Shown here: positions 55,508-61,541 of the stretch, one piece after another
Layout: every line of letters begins with the position of its first letter
How positions within the stretch are numbered: position 1 is the first letter of the stretch
Virus record (IMG/VR): IMGVR_UViG_3300018481_000006
Coordinates: 1 to 61,541 of that record
Strand: one strand, 5' to 3'
Source of the DNA: a virus
Lineage: Duplodnaviria > Caudoviricetes
Length of the DNA: 61,541 nucleotides
Position numbers and translations under genes: made by a program
Notes under the pieces: generated by a model
The model's database searches: none
What the model was told of the DNA's origin: nothing
Seen by the model: only the letters and a program-made list of their open reading frames with translations

Positions 55508-57670
55508 TTATCCGTGGATGACGACGTAGTACTCGTCTACGAACGGCTTGGTGTTGAACATCAGCGTAACCGAGTTGGCATCGCGCAACTCGACGTACGG
55601 CATCGCCAGCGACATCATGGGTCGCCAGTACAACTGCACGACTGGGTTCGCGTTGTTGAGGTTGTGAGTGATCACGAAGTCGGTGTTGATGTAGTCGCCG
55701 ATCAGTTGCGTGTACTTCCTGACCGTGCCGGTGCCACCACCCGCCGCAGGCAGCGCCCATGACAGCGTGGCGTTCCCAGCCGCGTCTGTAAGCACAGAGC
55801 CAGCCGGACCCTTGTTGCTGGGCAGGATGTAGGTGACGTCGGCGGCAGCGTTGCCGGCGCGGAACTTGGTCAGGAACGCACTGGCCTGATTGGCGAAGCG
55901 CAACTCGCCGGTGTACTGGCTCGCCGCCCCCGCATCGACCCAACTGGTGGACAGCAGTCCGCCGGATACAACCCGCCCTACAGACAGCGCACCGATGACC
56001 TTGTCGTAGGTCAGGAAGGCGTTGCCGGCGAACGCACCGGCGTCGTTGAACTGGACCTGCATGGTGGTGCCGCCCGGGACGCCACCACCGCCGCTTCCGG
56101 TCGCACCCTGCGGGCCTTGCGGTCCCGGCAGACCGGTGCCGCTCGGTCCCTGCGGACCCTGCGTGCCTGAAGTGCCCTGCGGCCCTTGCGGTCCACCAGC
56201 CGCGCCTGCCGCGCCCTGTGGCCCCTGTATGCCGATACCGGCTGGTCCCTGTGGACCCGCCGACCCTTGCGGGCCTTGCGGGCCGCCGGGAATGCCAGCG
56301 GACCCTTGCGGGCCTTGCGCGCCAACGCCGGTGATGCCCTGCGGACCCTGCGCACCGGTCGCGCCTTGTGCGCCCTGCTGACCGGACGGGCCGAAGCCAC
56401 CCTGCGTGCCCGGTATCCCGCTCGATCCCTGCACACCCTGCGCACCTTGCGGACCTTGCGAGCCTTGCGGACCCACCGGTCCGAGGCCACCCGGACCCTG
56501 CACGCCTTGCTCGCCCTGCGGCCCCTGTGCCCCAGTACCCGGAACACCCTGCGGCCCCTGCACGCCGACGCCGGAAGCGCCCTGCACGCCCTGCGGCCCC
56601 TGCGTGCCGGCCCCGGTGACGCCTTGCGCCCCAGCCGGCCCTTGCACCCCCACAGAGCCTTGCGGGCCTTGCGCGCCGGCTCCGGTGACCCCTTGCGCGC
56701 CCTGCGAGCCGGTTGGCCCCTGCACGCCAGCGATACCCTGCGGGCCTTGCGCACCGCTGCCCTGCGCACCCTGCGGGCCAAGGCCACCCACCGGACCCTG
56801 CGCGCCCGCCGTGCCTTGTGGTCCCTGCGTTCCGGCACCGGTTGCACCCTGCGGCCCTTGTGGGCCACCCGCCGGTCCCTGCACGCCAGCAACACCTTGC
56901 GGCCCCTGCACGCCAACGCCCGCGACGCCCTGCGGGCCTTGCGGCCCTCCGGACGGACCTTGCGCACCGGCAACGCCCTGCGGGCCTTGCGGCCCGCCCG
57001 CCGGCCCCTGCGGGCCTGCACCGCCGACGAACTGCACCCACTGCGCAGAGGTGCCGTCGAAGTAGTAGACGTAGCTGGTGCCGTCGTCGGAATCCCACCA
57101 CGCGTCGCCGTGCTGCGGGTTGACCGGCGGCGTCGGGCTGATGGTGAACTTGCCGATGACCCCTTGGTAGCCTTGCGTGCCTTGGGTGCCCTGCGGTCCG
57201 GTCGCACCCTGCGCGCCGGTTGCGCCCACCAAGCCCTGCACGCCCTGCGAGCCTTGCACACCCTGCGGACCCTGTACGCCGATGTTGCCCTGCGTGCCTT
57301 GGCTGCCCTGCAAGCCCTGCGCGCCGGTCGAGCCTTGCGGCCCCTGCGGGCCTTGGTAGCCCTGCGGCCCTTGGTGGCCCTGCGTGCCCTGTGGGCCTTG
57401 CGGGCCTTGGAAGCCCTGATCGCCCTGAAAGCCTCGCGGCCCGGGAGCGCCCTGAAAGCCTTGAACGCCCTGATACCCCTGATGACCTTGGAAACCCTGC
57501 GGCCCGCGCGCCGCCTCGATGACGACTACAGACGGCGGGGCCGAAGGTGGGGTGACGACAACGGCGGTCGGTGTCGGTGCCGTCGTGACCAGAACGCTGC
57601 CGGCGGGCGCGAGCGGAGGCTCGACCAGAACGACATCTGGCGGTTCCTCGATGATGACGACATCAGTCAT
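55508..57670 (-). CDS. Collagen-like tail fibre
   Basis: Long interrupted G-X-Q repeat; [13 protein letters not shown] domain; ITHNLN C-terminus. Confidence 0.88.
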   Translation of the reverse strand: MTDVVIIEEPPDVVLVEPPLAPAGSVLVTTAPTPTAVVVTPPSAPPSVVVIEAARGPQGFQGHQGYQGVQGFQGAPGPRGFQGDQGFQGPQGPQGTQGHQGPQGYQGPQGPQGSTGAQGLQGSQGTQGNIGVQGPQGVQGSQGVQGLVGATGAQGATGPQGTQGTQGYQGVIGKFTISPTPPVNPQHGDAWWDSDDGTSYVYYFDGTSAQWVQFVGGAGPQGPAGGPQGPQGVAGAQGPSGGPQGPQGVAGVGVQGPQGVAGVQGPAGGPQGPQGATGAGTQGPQGTAGAQGPVGGLGPQGAQGSGAQGPQGIAGVQGPTGSQGAQGVTGAGAQGPQGSVGVQGPAGAQGVTGAGTQGPQGVQGASGVGVQGPQGVPGTGAQGPQGEQGVQGPGGLGPVGPQGSQGPQGAQGVQGSSGIPGTQGGFGPSGQQGAQGATGAQGPQGITGVGAQGPQGSAGIPGGPQGPQGSAGPQGPAGIGIQGPQGAAGAAGGPQGPQGTSGTQGPQGPSGTGLPGPQGPQGATGSGGGGVPGGTTMQVQFNDAGAFAGNAFLTYDKVIGALSVGRVVSGGLLSTSWVDAGAASQYTGELRFANQASAFLTKFRAGNAAADVTYILPSNKGPAGSVLTDAAGNATLSWALPAAGGGTGTVRKYTQLIGDYINTDFVITHNLNNANPVVQLYWRPMMSLAMPYVELRDANSVTLMFNTKPFVDEYYVVIHG

Positions 57671-58079
57671 CGTCGGCAGTGACGGCGAGGCGGGCGATGA
57701 CCTCGCCCTCGACCAGCCGGTCCTCGGACTGGTCCGGGTTGTAGCACTTCAAGTCCCAGAAGCCGTTCTTGATCACCAGATCGGTCTTCTCGTCGGGGAT
57801 GGTCGCTTCGATGTTGCCGTTGGCATCCCCGGTGATGCCGCCGTCGGCGTCCTCGGAGGTGATCGTACAGACGATGTCGGCGTCGGTGCGCTGCTTCAGG
57901 CGAAGCTGGATGCGGAACGTGCAGCCGGTGAAGTCGCGCGGCTCGTCGATCTGGTAGTTGCCGTTGGCGTCGAGAATCGGCTCGCTGTTGGCGTCGACCA
58001 ACAGAGTGCCGAACTGGAACTTGGGGAAGCGAAACGTCGCGCCCTGCTCGACGGTGATGTCGTAAACGGCGGCAGTCAT
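57663..58079 (-). CDS. Fibre anchor / BppU-like beta-sandwich protein
   Basis: Start MTAAVYDITVEQGATF; DFTG...WDL...RLVEGEV. Confidence 0.7.
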   Translation of the reverse strand: MTAAVYDITVEQGATFRFPKFQFGTLLVDANSEPILDANGNYQIDEPRDFTGCTFRIQLRLKQRTDADIVCTITSEDADGGITGDANGNIEATIPDEKTDLVIKNGFWDLKCYNPDQSEDRLVEGEVIARLAVTADDD

Positions 58080-58729
58080 CAGAGTCTCCGCATCCGTACC
58101 GAGAGATTGGCGCGAGTGTGGGCCTTGTTGGCGCGCACCATCGCTCTGTTGACGCCGGCAGTGAACAGCGCCTGATTGAAGCCCGCGACCTGCGGGTTGG
58201 AGAACGGCTTGCCCGGTGTGATCTGTAGCTTGGCCTTGGCTCCGGAGGCGATCACCTCGATGAAGTCCTGATACAGATCGTCGTCGAATTGGGTGACGTC
58301 GCGCTTGGGCTTGATCGCGATCCGCACCGTCAGACCCTTTTCGAGGTCTTCGTTGGGCGGCGGCCACAGAGCGATCTGCCGCTCGCCCTTGTGCGTGTAC
58401 CCACTCGGCGTGCCCCAGCCCTCGGTGGCGGCGTGAACGTTGTACAGACGGGCGTCGTCCATGTCGTCTGGCGCGATGGGCTGCAGCACGCTGTTGCGGT
58501 GCCACGCCTTCATCACCTTGTGGACGAGATAGCCGGTGGGCGCATCGAGGTCGTAGGCGGACCGACCGGCGACCAGATTGATCGGGTCGTGGTCCCTCTG
58601 TAGAACCAGTGATCGCTCACAGAACTCGATGGCCGACGAGATCAGCGCGTTGATCGCCTGCGTTTCCGACACGCCCGGGAGGTCGGGCAGCACGTACGGC
58701 AACAGATCGTCCAGAGCCTTGGGCATCAC
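58079..58729 (-). CDS. Head-tail adaptor / tail tubular protein
   Basis: SAIEFCERS...ALWPPP...IASGAKAKLQITPGKPFSNP. Confidence 0.7.
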   Translation of the reverse strand: MMPKALDDLLPYVLPDLPGVSETQAINALISSAIEFCERSLVLQRDHDPINLVAGRSAYDLDAPTGYLVHKVMKAWHRNSVLQPIAPDDMDDARLYNVHAATEGWGTPSGYTHKGERQIALWPPPNEDLEKGLTVRIAIKPKRDVTQFDDDLYQDFIEVIASGAKAKLQITPGKPFSNPQVAGFNQALFTAGVNRAMVRANKAHTRANLSVRMRRL

Positions 58730-59430
58730 GCACCCTCCATCTGGATCGACGCCGCGTTGGGCAGCGCGCCCTTGCTGTGCAAGTCGGGCGAGAAGGCAAT
58801 GTCCTTGCGCCCCTTCATGCCCAGCACCGCCATGAAGGACTGCAGGTAGGCTGCCGCAAGCTGCGCGTTCTGTACGAACTGGGCGTCCTTGCTGTAGCAG
58901 CGGAACAGAACGTAGTTCAGCAGGGGGTCGATGAACACGTCGGGCAGCCCCAGCTTGTCAGTGGGCGCGGTGACGTCGGGCGGGGTCTTGGAGTAGACGA
59001 TCTCGACCTTCGTCTCGCCGAACTTCGGGTCCGGCTTGAGGGCCGGCGGCGACACGTAGAACGTGGTCGGATCGCGGTTATCGAACACGTAGCTGCGCGT
59101 TACCGCAGCGGGCTTCGCGCCGTGCCAGTTGGGGTCGGCGCTGTCCAGCACCTCGCGGTCGACCATGCGAATCGCACGCGAGCCGGCGCTGGTGATGGAG
59201 GGGATGTTCCTGACCACGTCCAGCAGGCGCAGCCCGCCGTCGGGAATCTTCTGCTTGGTGCCGGCGACCAGCGTGATCTGTGCGTTCTCGACGCACGCGT
59301 CCGGTCGCACCAGCACGATGACGCGCTGGCCGTCGGTGATCCACTGGAACGCCTCGGCATCCAGCCAGCGCACCGCAGCCTCGTCCTGCAGGACACGGCG
59401 AGCGCGAGCGATGATGTCGCTTGCCAACAT
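58726..59430 (-). CDS. Head-tail adaptor (DUF6682-like)
   Basis: IIARARRVLQD..VRW...RPDA...LLNYVLFRCYSKD. Confidence 0.75.
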   Translation of the reverse strand: MLASDIIARARRVLQDEAAVRWLDAEAFQWITDGQRVIVLVRPDACVENAQITLVAGTKQKIPDGGLRLLDVVRNIPSITSAGSRAIRMVDREVLDSADPNWHGAKPAAVTRSYVFDNRDPTTFYVSPPALKPDPKFGETKVEIVYSKTPPDVTAPTDKLGLPDVFIDPLLNYVLFRCYSKDAQFVQNAQLAAAYLQSFMAVLGMKGRKDIAFSPDLHSKGALPNAASIQMEGA

Positions 59431-59452
59431 GATCGGCTCCTCTGTAGTCGCA

Positions 59453-59490
59453 GCAAAACCCCCGGGGGACAGACAGGACTCCCCCGGGGT
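59453..59490 (-). terminator. Rho-independent terminator after major capsid
   Basis: CCCCGGGGGA...TCCCCCGGGG stem followed by GTTTTG on the - strand. Confidence 0.65.
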
Positions 59491-59509
59491 AGGTCACGCT
59501 ACAGACCGA

Positions 59510-61099
59510 TCACTTCTTCTTCGGCTTCTCCGCGTCGTCGTCGGCTTGGGCTTGGAAGCCCTGCGTGCGCGCCGCACGATGCTCGGAAGCAACATCCTTC
59601 ACGCCGCCGGTCCGCTCAGGATTCTCGGTCCGCTGACGCTCAACGCGCGCTTCACGATCCTCGTTACGCTCCTCGACCTTGGTCTTGGTGCCCGGACGCG
59701 TGTGACGCCCTTCGCCACGCGGATTGGCGAGATCGCTGCCATCGCCGCTGGCGCTCGGCACGCCTTCGCCGCCAAACGTATCGCGGTTCTCGTCGTACCG
59801 CTTGGCGTCCTCTTCCTTCATCGGCATGGCGTTCTCGGTGCGCTCTTCGGACTCGGGGATCGCCTCGCCCATGAACGCACGCGTGCGGATACGACCGGAG
59901 TCGGAGTCTTCCTCGATCTCGTCGTAACGCTGCTGGTACTCACGCGTCGCCTTCGCCATCGCATCGCGCGCTGCGCCCTTGGCTTCATCGCGCCGACGAA
60001 GCTCTTCGTAACGCTCCTCGCGCAGCCGCGCGCGACGCGAAACTTGGCTTTCGGGATCAGCCATCACGACTCCCGCAGGTGCTTTGATGTTCACGATGCC
60101 CAGCGCATCCGGGGCAGTCAGACCGTAGCCGAACACGTTCAGCCCACGAACGATGTTGCCGAACGTGGTGGTGGAACGCAACGTCTCGACGTTGGTGATC
60201 TGCGACGCAAAGCTGATGCCGTCACGAGCGCCGAACAGCGCCGCCACAGACGATGCCGCCGTGTTGTAGTTGTTGGAGATGTACACGGTGAAACGATCCA
60301 CCATGCCGATCTTGCCGTTGCGCAGCGGGGAGGTCGGATCGCCGGTCAGGTACACCGCCTTCAGGTCCGAGGTCTTGAGCATGAAGCCCATCCACGCCGG
60401 CAGCACGATCCAGCGTCCGCTATCCGGGATGTTCTGCTCGTCCAGCACCAGACCAGCGCGCAGGATGACGTCGAGCGGATTGCACGATACCTGATCAAGA
60501 TTGCCGGCCACCTTGGTCTGGTCGGGAATCAACGGAGCAACCGCAGTGCCGAGGTTGACGCTGCCAGTGAGCGCGCCAGCGGTGTCGCCTTGGTTGTCGG
60601 CATCGACCACTGCCGACCACGTCACAAGGTTCTGCGTGGGCGGCTGTGGCACGCCAGCAACCGGCGGCACGTAGGTGTAGCTGCTGGTCGGCGAGTAGTT
60701 CAGCACCGCGAAGTCGATCTTCTGCTTCATCTGCTCGGCGGCGTCGTTGGTGAACACGTCCATCAGCTTCAGATCGGACTGCACCGCGTTGACGTCGTCG
60801 AGGATGACGCTGAAGTACTTGCCCTTGTCGATCAGAAGCTCGGACGTGTCGCTGGCCGGAATCTGATTGCTGAGTGCAGCGTTCTTGACGTAATCGAGAA
60901 CGGCGATGTCCGGCGCGCGACGGATGATGACCTTGTCGCCGTGACCCTTGATTTCGCCTTCCCAATCGTTGTTGGTGATCTCGGAAAGCACGGTCGAGCG
61001 ATAGAACTTGACCTGCAGCTTGCCGCTCCAGATTTCGGGAATGAATTTGGAAACGCCATCTGACGCATAGTCGGGTGGGGTGCTTGGAAAAACGGGCAT
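59510..61099 (-). CDS. Major capsid protein with ~185-aa charged C-terminal extension
   Basis: FIPEIWSGKL, WEGEIKGHGDKVIIR, LDEQNIPDSGRW, FGNIVRGLNVFG; follows scaffold. Confidence 0.9.
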   Translation of the reverse strand: MPVFPSTPPDYASDGVSKFIPEIWSGKLQVKFYRSTVLSEITNNDWEGEIKGHGDKVIIRRAPDIAVLDYVKNAALSNQIPASDTSELLIDKGKYFSVILDDVNAVQSDLKLMDVFTNDAAEQMKQKIDFAVLNYSPTSSYTYVPPVAGVPQPPTQNLVTWSAVVDADNQGDTAGALTGSVNLGTAVAPLIPDQTKVAGNLDQVSCNPLDVILRAGLVLDEQNIPDSGRWIVLPAWMGFMLKTSDLKAVYLTGDPTSPLRNGKIGMVDRFTVYISNNYNTAASSVAALFGARDGISFASQITNVETLRSTTTFGNIVRGLNVFGYGLTAPDALGIVNIKAPAGVVMADPESQVSRRARLREERYEELRRRDEAKGAARDAMAKATREYQQRYDEIEEDSDSGRIRTRAFMGEAIPESEERTENAMPMKEEDAKRYDENRDTFGGEGVPSASGDGSDLANPRGEGRHTRPGTKTKVEERNEDREARVERQRTENPERTGGVKDVASEHRAARTQGFQAQADDDAEKPKKK

Positions 61100-61114
61100 G
61101 GCATTCTCTCTGGG

Positions 61115-61541
61115 TTAACGCACGCGCCCTTCTGCGGTTGCGGCGTTGATCTCTGCCTCTATGACTATCGCTTTCGCGTCATCGATGCGCCCAGCGCGCC
61201 AGTCGGAGTAGAAGGCAGCGATCTGTCCACGGGTGATGTGCTGCTTGCCCGGGGGGACCACCGTCCTCGACGACGAATCCGGCACGACGTGCGGCTCAAG
61301 TGCGTTATGCGATGTAGTCGCCTTGTTCTGATTGGCCTGCTTCCATCCCGAGAAAAACCGCGCCACTCTCTGTGCATCACGAGCGTCCTTGGCTCGGTCC
61401 AACAGTGCCTGACGAGGCAGTCCTGAAAACTCGTCGATGCCATCCAGCCACGCGAGGAATCCGGTGTCGACGTTGATCTGTGCCCAGTCGGGCACCATCG
61501 TGGTCACCAGATCGATGAAGTTCTGCCACTGAATCTCCGTA
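61115..61541 (-). CDS. Capsid scaffolding protein, 3' part
   Basis: Continuation of the ORF starting at 644; ends EAEINAATAEGRVR just before the capsid ATG. Confidence 0.75.
   Translation of the reverse strand, partial: TEIQWQNFIDLVTTMVPDWAQINVDTGFLAWLDGIDEFSGLPRQALLDRAKDARDAQRVARFFSGWKQANQNKATTSHNALEPHVVPDSSSRTVVPPGKQHITRGQIAAFYSDWRAGRIDDAKAIVIEAEINAATAEGRVR
61419..61541. repeat. Terminal direct repeat (copy 2); circular assembly overlap
   Basis: Identical to 1-123. Confidence 0.95.

Noticed and set aside
55155-57682. Long alternative-frame ORFs and 9-bp periodic repeats resembling a repeat array or CRISPR
   Set aside because: By-product of collagen G-X-Q coding; no repeat-spacer structure and no cas genes
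3029-59446. CTCTGTA/TACAGAG as a restriction site or codon-usage artefact
   Set aside because: Restriction sites are usually depleted rather than enriched, and the motif occurs in several frames, on both strands and in intergenic DNA

Overview
The window is an apparently complete, circularly assembled, GC-rich tailed dsDNA phage genome of about 61.4 kb; positions 1-123 are repeated exactly at 61419-61541. It has podovirus-like organisation. A long minus-strand structural arm runs from terS, terL and portal, across the junction through scaffold, major capsid, adaptors, collagen-like fibres, a GT2-methyltransferase, nozzle, J-like tip and ejection proteins, to a 3212-aa polyvalent protein. A plus-strand early region (7.9-18 kb) holds small genes plus a MoxR/CobS-type AAA ATPase, an HExxH protein and a vWA protein. 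A minus-strand block (18-24 kb) carries helicase, nuclease, ParB-like, DUF968-like and Tad2/DUF2829-like genes. A plus-strand recombination block (24-29 kb) carries ERF, YqaJ exonuclease, SSB, an HTH and a DGQHR/ParB-like gene. I recognised no integrase, DNA polymerase, primase, endolysin, tRNA or CRISPR array. Signals the gene list does not explain: (1) strong genome-wide over-representation of CTCTGTA/TACAGAG on both strands and in several frames, including an inverted pair over the terS promoter; (2) a ~285-nt array of back-to-back hairpins downstream of the first candidate early promoter; (3) a CAAC-N4-GTTG operator-like palindrome over four TTGACA promoters; (4) a small gene with its own AGGAGG RBS overprinted inside the giant protein gene; (5) a capsid protein with a long charged C-terminal tail that has its own in-frame start. 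All family assignments come from motif recognition by eye, not from database searches.
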